Origin: Mycolicibacterium smegmatis
GTDB lineage: Bacteria > Actinomycetota > Actinomycetes > Mycobacteriales > Mycobacteriaceae
DNA: 32,000 nt
NCBI RefSeq assembly: GCF_001457595.1
Contig: NZ_LN831039.1
Coordinates: 3,180,001-3,212,000, forward strand
Direction: 5' to 3'
A program made the position numbers and the translations under genes. This document shows, in pieces, positions 1-13,778 of this stretch; position 1 is the first letter of the stretch; every line of letters begins with the position of its first letter. The notes below the pieces were generated by a model. It saw only the letters and a list, made by a program, of their open reading frames with translations, made no database searches and was not told where the DNA came from.

Positions 1-834
1 ATGCGCCGCGCGCTGGAATACGCCACGGGTCTGGGCGTGCTCATCGCCCAGCACGCCGAGGAACCCCGTCTCACCGTCGGCGCCGTCGCGCACGAAGGGC
101 CGATTGCGGCCAGGCTCGGTCTGGCCGGGTGGCCCCGCGCCGCAGAGGAGTCGATCGTCGCGCGTGACGCGCTGCTGGCGCGTGACGCCGGTGCGCGTGT
201 GCACATCTGCCACGCGTCCACTGCGGGTACCGTCGAGCTTCTGAAATGGGCCAAGGCACAGGGGATCTCGATCACCGCCGAGGTGACCCCGCACCACCTG
301 CTGCTCGACGACTCGCGGCTGGAGACCTACGACGGGCGCAACCGCGTGAACCCGCCGCTGCGTGAGGCCGAGGACGCCGTGGCACTGCGCCAGGCGTTGG
401 CCGACGGTGTCATCGACTGTGTGGCCACCGATCACGCGCCGCACGCCGAGCACGAGAAGTGCTGCGAGTTCTCGGTCGCGCGCCCGGGCATGCTGGGCCT
501 GCAGACCGCGCTGTCGGTGGTCGTCGAGACCATGGTGCGTCCGGGGCTCTTGACCTGGCGCGGTGTGGCCAAGGTGATGAGCGAGGCCCCGGCGGCCATC
601 GTCGGCCTGCCCGATCAGGGCCGCCCGCTGGAGGTGGGTGAGCCCGCCAACCTGACGGTCGTCGACCCCGACGCCACCTGGACCGTGGCAGGCACCGAAC
701 TGGCCAGCCGGTCGGACAACACGCCGTTCGAGACCATGACGCTGCCCGCGACCGTGACCGCGACCCTGCTGCGCGGCCGGGTCACCGCGCGTGACGGCAA
801 GTCCGCTCCGGCAGGTGGGGGCTCGGTACGGTGA
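1..834 (+). CDS. pyrC: Dihydroorotase, 5'-truncated by window edge
   Basis: Open from base 1. Contains amidohydrolase-type motifs ([30 protein letters not shown]). Directly upstream of carA/carB/pyrF. True start lies outside the window. Confidence 0.95.
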   Translation: MRRALEYATGLGVLIAQHAEEPRLTVGAVAHEGPIAARLGLAGWPRAAEESIVARDALLARDAGARVHICHASTAGTVELLKWAKAQGISITAEVTPHHLLLDDSRLETYDGRNRVNPPLREAEDAVALRQALADGVIDCVATDHAPHAEHEKCCEFSVARPGMLGLQTALSVVVETMVRPGLLTWRGVAKVMSEAPAAIVGLPDQGRPLEVGEPANLTVVDPDATWTVAGTELASRSDNTPFETMTLPATVTATLLRGRVTARDGKSAPAGGGSVR

Positions 835-1331
835 ACACACCGACGCTCATCGCCTCGCTGGTGATGGCGGCACTGCTCGTGGTGCTGATCGCGTTCCTCA
901 TCCGACAGATGTTGCGTGGCTGGGTGCACCGCGCGCAGCGTCAGGTCGAGCTGATCGGGAGGCTGCCCGCGCTGCCCGACTCGGTGGGGCCCGCGATCGT
1001 GGCGCCCACCAAGGGGCTCTATGTCGGCACGACGCTGGTGCCGCACTGGAACGACAAGGTCGCCGTGGGCGATCTGGGGTTTCGCGCCAAGGCCGTTTTG
1101 ACGCGCTTCCCCGAGGGAATCATGGTGCAGCGCACCGGTGCCGGGCCGATCTGGATCCCCGACGAGTCGATCGTCGTGATCCGGACCGAGCGCGCCATCG
1201 CGGGCAAGGCACTGACACACGACGGCATTCTCGTCATCCGCTGGCGGCTGCCGTCGGGTGTCGAGATCGACACAGGGTTCCGCGCTGACGTTCGCGCGGA
1301 ACTGAACCGCTGGCTGGAGGAAAACGCATGA
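831..1331 (+). CDS. Small membrane-anchored conserved protein embedded in the pyr operon (function unknown)
   Basis: GTG start overlaps the pyrC stop (GTGA). N-terminal TM segment ([19 protein letters not shown]) followed by a soluble domain. Its stop overlaps the carA start (ATGA). Confidence 0.85.
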   Translation: MNTPTLIASLVMAALLVVLIAFLIRQMLRGWVHRAQRQVELIGRLPALPDSVGPAIVAPTKGLYVGTTLVPHWNDKVAVGDLGFRAKAVLTRFPEGIMVQRTGAGPIWIPDESIVVIRTERAIAGKALTHDGILVIRWRLPSGVEIDTGFRADVRAELNRWLEENA

Positions 1332-2476
1332 CGCGCAATGGAAAGCGGGGCGGCGAGAAGGCCGTCCTGGTGCTTGAGGACGGTCGCGTCTTCACCGGGG
1401 TCTCGTTCGGGGCGGTCGGGCAGACGCTCGGCGAGGCGGTGTTCTCCACCGGCATGTCGGGTTACCAGGAGACGCTCACCGACCCCAGCTACTACGGGCA
1501 GATCGTGGTGGCCACCGCGCCGCAGATCGGCAACACCGGCTGGAACGACGAGGACGCCGAGAGCCGCGGCGACAAGATCTGGGTCGCGGGCTACGCGGTG
1601 CGTGACCCGTCGCCGCGCGCGTCGAACTGGCGCGCCACGCGCACCCTCGACGACGAACTGGTCGCCCAGGGCATCGTCGGCATCGCGGGCATCGACACCC
1701 GCGCGGTCGTGCGCCACCTGCGCACGCGTGGGTCGATGAAGGCCGGCGTGTTCTCAGGCGACGCCCTCGCCGACGACGACGTGCTGCTCGACCGTGTGCG
1801 CAACCAGCCGTCGATGCTGGGCGCGGACCTGGCGGGCAAAGTCACCACCGGTGAGACCTACGTCGTCGACCCCGAAGGCGAGCACCGGTTCACGGTCGCG
1901 GCCGTGGATCTGGGCATCAAGACCAACACGCCGCGCAACTTCGCACGCCGAGGTGTGCGCACGCACGTCCTGCCCGCCGCGGCGACGTTCGACCAGATCG
2001 CCGATCTCAAACCCAACGGGGTGTTCCTGTCCAACGGGCCGGGCGACCCGGCCACCGCGGACCACATCGTCGAGGTGACCCGCGAGGTGCTCGGCGCCGG
2101 GATCCCGTTGTTCGGCATCTGCTTCGGCAACCAGATCCTGGGCCGCGCGCTGGGCCGGTCCACCTACAAGATGGTCTTCGGGCACCGCGGGATCAACATC
2201 CCGGTGGTCGACCACATCACCGGGCGCGTCGCGATCACCGCGCAGAACCACGGCTTCGCGCTGGAGGGCGAGGCCGGCGAGAAGTTCGACACGCCGTTCG
2301 GCACCGCGGAGGTCAGCCACACGTGCGCCAACGACGGTGTGGTCGAAGGTGTCCGCCTGGTCAACGGCAAGGCGTTCTCGGTGCAGTACCACCCCGAGGC
2401 CGCGGGCGGCCCGCACGACGCGGAGTACCTGTTCGACCAGTTCATCGACCTGATGGCGGGGGAGCACCACTCGTGA
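1328..2476 (+). CDS. carA: Carbamoyl-phosphate synthase small subunit (glutamine amidotransferase)
   Basis: Starts [16 protein letters not shown]. Class I GATase motif [12 protein letters not shown] and C-terminal [13 protein letters not shown]. Confidence 0.97.
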   Translation: MTRNGKRGGEKAVLVLEDGRVFTGVSFGAVGQTLGEAVFSTGMSGYQETLTDPSYYGQIVVATAPQIGNTGWNDEDAESRGDKIWVAGYAVRDPSPRASNWRATRTLDDELVAQGIVGIAGIDTRAVVRHLRTRGSMKAGVFSGDALADDDVLLDRVRNQPSMLGADLAGKVTTGETYVVDPEGEHRFTVAAVDLGIKTNTPRNFARRGVRTHVLPAAATFDQIADLKPNGVFLSNGPGDPATADHIVEVTREVLGAGIPLFGICFGNQILGRALGRSTYKMVFGHRGINIPVVDHITGRVAITAQNHGFALEGEAGEKFDTPFGTAEVSHTCANDGVVEGVRLVNGKAFSVQYHPEAAGGPHDAEYLFDQFIDLMAGEHHS

Positions 2477-2483
2477 CCCGTCG

Positions 2484-2570
2484 CCAGTCTTTTTCCACCG
2501 CGAGCGTGCGTGTCTGTCGCGCGCCACGCCGTCAAAACATCTGCAAGCACGCACGCTCGTGCCGGACTGG
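2484..2570. repeat. Inverted repeat in the carA-carB spacer
   Basis: CGAGCGTGCGTG (2501-2512) pairs with CACGCACGCTCG (2548-2559). Outer arms CCAGTC (2484-2489) and GACTGG (2565-2570) are also complementary. Confidence 0.7.
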
Positions 2571-2581
2571 GGGTGCGCTCA

Positions 2582-5925
<3,344 letters not shown>

Positions 5926-5929
<4 letters not shown>

Positions 5930-6756
5930 CGGGATTCGGGCAGCGGCTCGACGCCGCGGTGTCGGCGCGCGGGCCGCTGTGCCCCGGCATCGACCCGCAT
6001 CCGGAGCTCTTGAACGCCTGGGGCCTGACGGTCGACGCCGAGGGCCTGCGTGCGTTCTGCGACATCTGCGTCGCGGCGTTCGCGGGCTTCGCCATCGTCA
6101 AACCGCAGGTCGCGTTCTTCGAGGCCTACGGTTCGGCGGGGTTCGCGGTGCTGGAGGACACCATCGCGGCGCTGCGCGCCGAAGGTGTGCTGGTGCTCGC
6201 CGACGCCAAACGCGGCGACATCGGCTCCACGATGGCGGCCTACGCCGCGGCGTGGGCCGGTGATTCGCCGCTGGCCGCCGACGCCGTGACGGCGTCGCCG
6301 TACCTCGGATTCGGTTCGTTACGACCACTTCTGGACACCGCGGTGGCCAACGGCCGCGGCGTGTTCGTGCTCGCCGCGACCTCCAATCCCGAGGGTGTCG
6401 GCCTGCAACGCGCCGTGGCAGGCGACGTCACCGTCGCGCAGTCGATCGTCGACGCGGTCGCGCAGGCGAACCGGGAGGCGGATCCGGCGGCGCGCGACGG
6501 CGATCCGGTGGGCCCGTTCGGTGTCGTGGTGGGCGCGACGGTGGCCGATCCGCCCGACCTGCACATGCTGGGCGGCCCGGTGCTGGTACCCGGCGTCGGT
6601 GCGCAGGGCGGTAGACCGGAGGCGCTGGGCGGCCTCGGGAATGCGCGACGCCTGCTGCCCGCGGTCTCCCGCGAGGTGCTGCGCGCGGGACCCGCCGTCG
6701 ACGACGTGCGGGCCGCGGCCGAACGACTGCGCGACCAGGTGGCCTATCTGGCCTGA
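5926..6756 (+). CDS. pyrF: Orotidine-5'-phosphate decarboxylase (long actinobacterial type)
   Basis: [12 protein letters not shown]...[12 protein letters not shown]...[17 protein letters not shown] overlaps the carB stop (ATGA). Confidence 0.95.
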
Positions 6757-7881
6757 CGGGCCCACCACGCGACAGCGCCATTGCGCCGACAATCGTCGGT
6801 CCAACGGCTCAGGTACGAGCCGGATTTCAGATGTGTCCGGGCCGGCAGCCCTGTGCCGGTGCGGCGACGTTCGTGCCGGCAGCGATGAGCAGCGCGACGA
6901 GCGCTGACATACAACGGGATTCGGATCGCCGCGCGAGTTCGCCTGCGGCGCAGTCCATCACGAGGCCATCGCGGGGCCGTCGCGGGGCCGTCGTGGCGCA
7001 TCCAGACGCTGACAGTCAGAACCCCCGGTTGTGGCGACACCAACTCGAATGCGCCGGCGACGGCGGTCCTCGCCCGGTGCCGTGCCACCCCGGTGAGACC
7101 AGGGGAGTGGGAGACGTCCGCCGGGGGGATCCGGTCACGCCTGGTTCCACGGGCCCTCCGGGCGCCCTGGATGGCCCCTGACTGGCTCCTGGAAGGTCAT
7201 CCGGCAGCCCGGGACGGTGCTCTCCGGATTCGTGGCCGTCTGGGCGCCCTGGTGGTGACAACTGCCGAAGTCACACGCGGTTCCGCCGATCCGGCCGCCG
7301 TCACGCCCGCAGGGGGTGCGATCCGGGCGGATCGCGAACCGGCAGGTGCAACGAATGCGCAGGTCAAGGCCGTGATGTGCATCTTCGGCCTGTGGTCGGG
7401 GCATGCGTGGAGTACGCGACGGGCGAAGGTTGCTCAGGCGGTCTGTGCATCTGCGTTGCGTGGATCGTGGCGTCGTGGAACGTTTCGACCGCGTCATTTG
7501 ACCCGCCCGTCAGGGCCTCGACACGCCCGACACGCAGTGACCAGCGAAAATTTTCTTCAACCGGTGCCACGGCCCGGTCCGCGGGCGACCGGTCTGCCGC
7601 AGGCCGTTCCCCAAGCGTCCGGCGAAGGCCTCCGAAAACCGTTGACGTGCAGGAATATCCAGATATCTGCCCGAAGAGCGGCGCCGAATCCCGCCGTCGG
7701 CGACCGATCGGGGGCGCGCGCCGGGGTGCACTACACGCTGGGCTTTTGGCGCTGTAACCAGGGGGTGGGGTTAGCTTTCGTCAGCTTGCGTGGGTACGGT
7801 CATCGTCGCTGGCTGTGTTTGTGCTCCAGCCGAGACAAATCAAGTTATGGCCGAGAAGATCGCCAGGAGACGGAGGAACCC

Positions 7882-8199
7882 GTGGCCCTTCCCCAGTTGA
7901 CCGACGAACAGCGCGCGGCAGCGTTGGAGAAGGCTGCTGCCGCACGTCGAGCGCGAGCCGAGCTCAAGGATCGACTCAAGCGCGGCGGCACCAACCTCAA
8001 GCAGGTGCTCACCGACGCCGAGACCGACGAGGTCCTCGGCAAGATGAAGGTTTCCGCGCTGCTGGAAGCTCTGCCCAAGGTGGGCAAGGTCAAGGCGCAG
8101 GAAATCATGACCGAACTGGAGATCGCTCCGACCCGCCGTCTGCGCGGCCTCGGCGATCGCCAGCGCAAGGCCTTGCTGGAGAAGTTCGACCAGTCGTAA
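7882..8199 (+). CDS. mihF: Mycobacterial integration host factor mIHF, 105 aa
   Basis: [43 protein letters not shown]...[42 protein letters not shown] Shine-Dalgarno at ~7872-7876 before GTG 7882. Confidence 0.93.
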   Translation: MALPQLTDEQRAAALEKAAAARRARAELKDRLKRGGTNLKQVLTDAETDEVLGKMKVSALLEALPKVGKVKAQEIMTELEIAPTRRLRGLGDRQRKALLEKFDQS

Positions 8200-8209
8200 G
8201 GCGCGCAGA

Positions 8210-8812
8210 TTGACTGTCGGCCGTGGGGCCGGACAACGCGCGACTGATGGGCCCGCACGGGCCCGGGTCGTCGTGCTGTCCGGCCCCTCAGCTGTCGGGA
8301 AGTCAACCGTGGTCCGCTGTCTGCGGGAACGGCTTCCTGACCTGTACTTTTCCGTGTCCGTCACCACCAGGGCGCCCCGTCCCGGGGAGGTCGACGGCGT
8401 GGACTACACCTTTGTCAGCCCGGAACGCTTCCAGCAGTTGATCGACGACGGGGAACTGCTCGAATGGGCCGAGATCCACGGCGGTCTGCACCGCTCGGGC
8501 ACGCCCGCCGCGCCCGTCCGTGAGGCCACCAGGGCAGGCCGACCGGTACTGATCGAGGTCGACCTGGCCGGCGCGAGGGCCGTCAAGCAGGCCATGCCCG
8601 AGGTCGTCTCGGTGTTCCTGGCCCCGCCGAGCTGGGACGAACTCGTGCGCCGCCTGTCCGGCCGCGGCACCGAAACGCCCGAGGTGATGGCCCGGCGCCT
8701 GGACACCGCCAGAGCCGAAATGGCTGCACAATCCGATTTCGACCGCGTCGTGGTGAACCGGCAGTTGGATTCGGCATGCGCGGAATTGGTATCCTTGCTG
8801 GTGGACAGCTGA
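8210..8812 (+). CDS. gmk: Guanylate kinase
   Basis: [20 protein letters not shown]-loop, [20 protein letters not shown]. Start at 8210 is a TTG and is uncertain. Confidence 0.93.
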   Translation: MTVGRGAGQRATDGPARARVVVLSGPSAVGKSTVVRCLRERLPDLYFSVSVTTRAPRPGEVDGVDYTFVSPERFQQLIDDGELLEWAEIHGGLHRSGTPAAPVREATRAGRPVLIEVDLAGARAVKQAMPEVVSVFLAPPSWDELVRRLSGRGTETPEVMARRLDTARAEMAAQSDFDRVVVNRQLDSACAELVSLLVDS

Positions 8813-8927
8813 CGACTCACCGTGCCGACCGACGAACTCGGGCGCATTCGGGTTGTGAGCCACCGGTCACGCTGTTCACAAATGCATTCACGGCATTCGT
8901 AACCAACAACCGCCAGGAGACTTCTTC

Positions 8928-9251
8928 GTGAGCACCCCGCACGCCGATGCGCAGCTGAACGCTGCGGACGACCTCGGTATCGATTCGTCCGCTGCCAGCG
9001 CCTACGACACGCCGTTGGGCATCACCAACCCGCCCATCGACGAGTTGCTGTCGCGCGCGTCGAGCAAGTACGCGCTGGTGATCTACGCCGCCAAGCGGGC
9101 CCGCCAGATCAACGATTACTACAACCAGCTCGGCGACGGCATCCTCGAATACGTCGGCCCGCTGGTCGAGCCCGGCCTGCAGGAGAAGCCCCTCTCGATC
9201 GCGCTGCGCGAGATCCACGGGGACCTGCTCGAGCACACCGAAGGCGAATAG
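8928..9251 (+). CDS. rpoZ: RNA polymerase omega subunit
   Basis: [38 protein letters not shown] typical actinobacterial omega. Located between gmk and coaBC. Confidence 0.95.
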   Translation: MSTPHADAQLNAADDLGIDSSAASAYDTPLGITNPPIDELLSRASSKYALVIYAAKRARQINDYYNQLGDGILEYVGPLVEPGLQEKPLSIALREIHGDLLEHTEGE

Positions 9252-9269
9252 CCAGGCAAGGGCCGGTTC

Positions 9270-10514
9270 GTGAGCGCGCGCAAGCGGATCGTCGTCGGCG
9301 TCGCCGGCGGGATCGCCGCCTACAAGGCGTGCACTGTTGTCCGTCAACTCACCGAGGCTGGGCATTCGGTGCGGGTCGTCCCCACCGAGTCCGCGTTGCG
9401 CTTCGTCGGTGCCGCGACCTTCGAGGCGCTGTCCGGTAACCCGGTGCACACCGGGGTGTTCACCGACGTCCGCGAGGTGCAGCACGTCCGCATCGGCCAG
9501 CAGGCCGACCTCGTCGTCATCGCACCTGCCACCGCCGATCTCCTGGCCCGCGCGGTCGCGGGGCGTGCCGACGATCTGCTGACCGCCACGCTGCTCACCG
9601 CACGATGCCCCGTGCTGTTCGCGCCTGCCATGCACACCGAGATGTGGTTGCACCCGGCCACCGTCGACAACGTGGCCACGCTGCGCCGTCGCGGTGCGGT
9701 GGTGCTGGAACCGGCGTCCGGACGTCTCACAGGCGCCGACAGCGGCCCGGGCCGGCTCCCTGAGGCCGAGGAGATCACCACACTCGCGCAGCTGCTGCTG
9801 GAACGCGCCGACGCGCTTCCCTACGACATGGCCGGGGTCAAGGCCCTGGTGACCGCTGGTGGTACGCGTGAGCCGCTCGACCCGGTCCGTTTCATCGGCA
9901 ACCGCAGCTCCGGCAAGCAGGGCTACGCCGTCGCGCGTGTGCTGGCCCAGCGTGGCGCCGACGTGACGCTCATCGCGGGCAACACGGCCGGTCTGATCGA
10001 TCCCGCGGGCGTCGAGATGGTCCACATCGGCTCGGCGACCCAGCTGCGCGACGCGGTGTCCAAGCACGCACCCGACGCGAACGTTCTGGTGATGGCCGCC
10101 GCGGTCGCCGACTTCCGTCCTGCGCACGTTGCCGCCGCGAAGATCAAGAAGGGCGCCTCGGAACCCAGCTCGATCGATCTTGTCCGCAACGACGACGTGC
10201 TGGCCGGAGCGGTCCGCGCCAGGGCCGACGGACAGTTGCCAAACATGCGCGCGATCGTCGGTTTCGCCGCGGAAACCGGGGACGCGAACGGCGACGTGCT
10301 GTTCCACGCCAGGGCGAAACTCGAGCGTAAGGGCTGTGACCTGCTGGTCGTCAACGCCGTGGGGGAGAACCGGGCATTCGAGGTGGACCACAACGACGGA
10401 TGGTTGCTGAGTGCCGACGGCACCGAGTCCGCACTGGAGCACGGGTCGAAGACGCTGATGGCCACCCGTATCGTGGACTCGATTGCGGCCTTCCTGAAGA
10501 GCCAGGACGGGTAG
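9270..10514 (+). CDS. coaBC: Bifunctional phosphopantothenoylcysteine decarboxylase/phosphopantothenate-cysteine ligase
   Basis: IVVGVAGGIAAYKA flavoprotein start, PAMHTEMW, VTAGGTREPLDPVRFIGNRSSGKQGYA, NDVL, DLLVVNAVG. Confidence 0.95.
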   Translation: MSARKRIVVGVAGGIAAYKACTVVRQLTEAGHSVRVVPTESALRFVGAATFEALSGNPVHTGVFTDVREVQHVRIGQQADLVVIAPATADLLARAVAGRADDLLTATLLTARCPVLFAPAMHTEMWLHPATVDNVATLRRRGAVVLEPASGRLTGADSGPGRLPEAEEITTLAQLLLERADALPYDMAGVKALVTAGGTREPLDPVRFIGNRSSGKQGYAVARVLAQRGADVTLIAGNTAGLIDPAGVEMVHIGSATQLRDAVSKHAPDANVLVMAAAVADFRPAHVAAAKIKKGASEPSSIDLVRNDDVLAGAVRARADGQLPNMRAIVGFAAETGDANGDVLFHARAKLERKGCDLLVVNAVGENRAFEVDHNDGWLLSADGTESALEHGSKTLMATRIVDSIAAFLKSQDG

Positions 10515-10572
10515 CGAGAGCAGTAACACGACCATCGCATCCGGATTGCGCGAAAGGGTTGCGCGGCAGCGT

Positions 10573-10586
10573 CCCAAGCGCTTGGG
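10573..10586. promoter_or_regulatory. Perfect 14-bp palindrome CCCAAGCGCTTGGG upstream of metK (candidate regulator site)
   Basis: Direct reading: CCCAAGC/GCTTGGG, 69 bp upstream of the metK GTG. No binding protein can be assigned from sequence. Confidence 0.4.
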
Positions 10587-10654
10587 TGCAACAGGGCAGA
10601 ATTGAGATTCGCCCGACTAACTAATTTGAGATGTTTCAAGGAAGGACGCGGACC

Positions 10655-11854
<1,200 letters not shown>

Positions 11855-11866
11855 TTTCGTCTTGTC

Positions 11867-11904
11867 CGGAACTGCCCGATCTCTTCGGAGATTGGGCAGT
11901 TCTG
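11867..11904 (+). terminator. Hairpin between metK and metN, probable intrinsic terminator without a U-tract
   Basis: GAACTGCCCGATCTC-TTCG-GAGATTGGGCAGTTC: 15-bp core stem (11869-11883/11888-11902) with one G.U, extendable by 2 pairs. Loop is a C(UUCG)G tetraloop. Confidence 0.7.
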
Positions 11905-12004
11905 CGTCTGACGGCGATAAAAGTGCGATGAGCGCAACCCTGGATCGAAACGTCCGACTGGTTTACAGTTCGGCCCGTTTGAGTGCCTGGCAGATAGGTG
12001 AGTG

Positions 12005-12997
12005 ATGTCGATCTACACCGAAGACCTCACGAAGTTCTACGGAACGACGCGAGCCCTTGAAGGCGTGTCGATCTCCGTCGACCAAGGGGAGATTCTCGGT
12101 GTCGTGGGCAGCAGCGGATCGGGCAAGAGCACGCTCGTCCGCAACATCGCGCTGCTCGAACGCCCCACGCGCGGCCGCGTCGTGCTCGACGGGCAGGACC
12201 TGACCGCGCTGTCGGAGAAGGAACTGCGCGGCGCACGCCGCCGGCTGGGCAACGTCTTCCAGTCGGCGAACCTGCTCGACAACCGCACCGCGCGCGCCAA
12301 CATCGAGTACCCCCTGGAGATCGCGGGCTGGGACCGCAAGAAGCGGTGGTACCGCGCGCAGGAGCTGCTCGAGCTCGTCGGGCTGCCGGGCCGGGGCGAC
12401 GCCTACCCCGCGCAGCTGTCCGGAGGGCAACAACAACGCGTGGGCATCGCCCGCGCGCTCGCGGCGCATCCCACCGTGATCCTGGCCGACGAACCCACCA
12501 GCGCGCTGGATCCGACGACCACGCAGGAGATCCTCACGCTGCTGACCAATCTGCGCGACGAACTCGACGTCACCGTGCTGTTGATCACCCACGATTTGTC
12601 GATCGTGCGGCAGATCGCCGACCGCGTCACCGTGCTGTCCGAGGGCCGCGTCGTCGCCCAGGGCTCGCTGGCCGACGTGGCCGGTGATCCCGCGTCGGGT
12701 CTGCTGCCACCCCTGAGTGATCCACCGCCGCCCACCGACGACGAACTGATCCTCAACGTGCACGCGGGCGCCGACGCCTCGGGCGCGTTCATCGGCGCGC
12801 TGGTGCGTGAGCTCAACACCGATGTGCGCATCCTCGACGGCGAGGTGCTGCGCCTCGGCGGCCAGTCGGTGTCGCAGTTCCAACTTGCGCTCACCGGCAT
12901 CGACCACTCGGCGGCCGACCGGGCCGAGGAATACGTGCGGTGGTTCGAGCGCAACGGCTTGACCGCCGTGCGCGTGGGCGAACGGAGCCTGGTGTGA
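12005..12997 (+). CDS. metN: Methionine-type ABC transporter ATP-binding protein (MetN family)
   Basis: Walker A GSSGSGKST, signature LSGGQQQR, Walker B VILADEPTSALDP, plus C-terminal NIL-like region. Adjacent to a MetI-like permease and NlpA/MetQ-like protein. Confidence 0.9.
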   Translation: MSIYTEDLTKFYGTTRALEGVSISVDQGEILGVVGSSGSGKSTLVRNIALLERPTRGRVVLDGQDLTALSEKELRGARRRLGNVFQSANLLDNRTARANIEYPLEIAGWDRKKRWYRAQELLELVGLPGRGDAYPAQLSGGQQQRVGIARALAAHPTVILADEPTSALDPTTTQEILTLLTNLRDELDVTVLLITHDLSIVRQIADRVTVLSEGRVVAQGSLADVAGDPASGLLPPLSDPPPPTDDELILNVHAGADASGAFIGALVRELNTDVRILDGEVLRLGGQSVSQFQLALTGIDHSAADRAEEYVRWFERNGLTAVRVGERSLV

Positions 12998-13734
12998 ACG
13001 CATTCACCGAGTGGCTCGACGATTCGATCCTGTTCACCACCGACGCGGTGCCGGTGGCCGTCGGCCAGACCCTGCAACTGGTCTTCGTGCCGTTCTTCTT
13101 CGTGGTGCTGCTCGGCATCCCGCTGGGCGTACTGCTCTATGTCACCGCACCGGGCGGCCTGGCCCCGATCCGCTGGCTCAACAGCTCGCTGGGCGTGGTG
13201 GTCAACGTCACGCGCTCGCTGCCGTTTCTGGTGCTGGTGATCGCGCTGTGGCCGCTGGGCCGGCTGTTGGTCGGCTCGAGTCTGGGCACCGTCGCCGCGA
13301 TGGTGCCACTGACCATCGGCACCATCCCGTTTCTCGCGCGGCTGGTGGAATCGTCGCTGCGCGAAGTCGATTCGGGCAAGATTGACGCGGCCCGCGTGGT
13401 CGGCGCCACACGCTGGCAGATCATCACGAAAACACTTCTGCCCGAGGCGATCAGCGGGATCATCGCCGGGCTGACCATCACGATCATTGCGTTGCTGGGC
13501 TTCTCGGCGCTGGCGGGCGTGATCGGTGGCGGCGGCCTGGGCGACCTGGCGATCCGGTACGGCGCCCGTTCGTACGACGGCCCGGTCCTGTGGTCGACGG
13601 TGCTGCTGCTCATCGTGTTCGCGCAGATCTTCCAGGTCGTCGGCGACTACTTCGCTCGCAAGACCGATCACCGCGCGCGCCGATCCGCAGGCGGCGCGGG
13701 CGACGCCGGTGAGGCCCAGCGCCTCTCGGCATGA
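12994..13734 (+). CDS. metI: Methionine-type ABC transporter permease (MetI family)
   Basis: Hydrophobic; NVTRSLPFLVLVIALWPLGRLLVG, EVDSGKIDAARVVGATRWQIITKTLLPEA permease loop. GTG at 12994 overlaps the metN stop. Confidence 0.88.
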   Translation: MNAFTEWLDDSILFTTDAVPVAVGQTLQLVFVPFFFVVLLGIPLGVLLYVTAPGGLAPIRWLNSSLGVVVNVTRSLPFLVLVIALWPLGRLLVGSSLGTVAAMVPLTIGTIPFLARLVESSLREVDSGKIDAARVVGATRWQIITKTLLPEAISGIIAGLTITIIALLGFSALAGVIGGGGLGDLAIRYGARSYDGPVLWSTVLLLIVFAQIFQVVGDYFARKTDHRARRSAGGAGDAGEAQRLSA

Positions 13735-13778
13735 CTTTCTGCCCCTCCCATCACAACTGACAGGAACGGAAAACAAAC

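Noticed and set aside
6967-6994. CGCGGGGCCGT short tandem duplication
   Set aside because: Two copies of an 11-bp GC-rich unit; easily chance in this composition, and not a CRISPR or VNTR by itself.
6831-7181. 116-aa and other ORFs in the pyrF-mihF gap
   Set aside because: No ribosome-binding site or protein-like pattern. Not supportable as genes from sequence alone.
8861-8878. Possible CRP-like site in the gmk-rpoZ spacer (GTGAGCCACCGGTCAC)
   Set aside because: The half-site spacing differs from the TGTGA-N6-TCACA consensus, so it is not a supportable CRP site.
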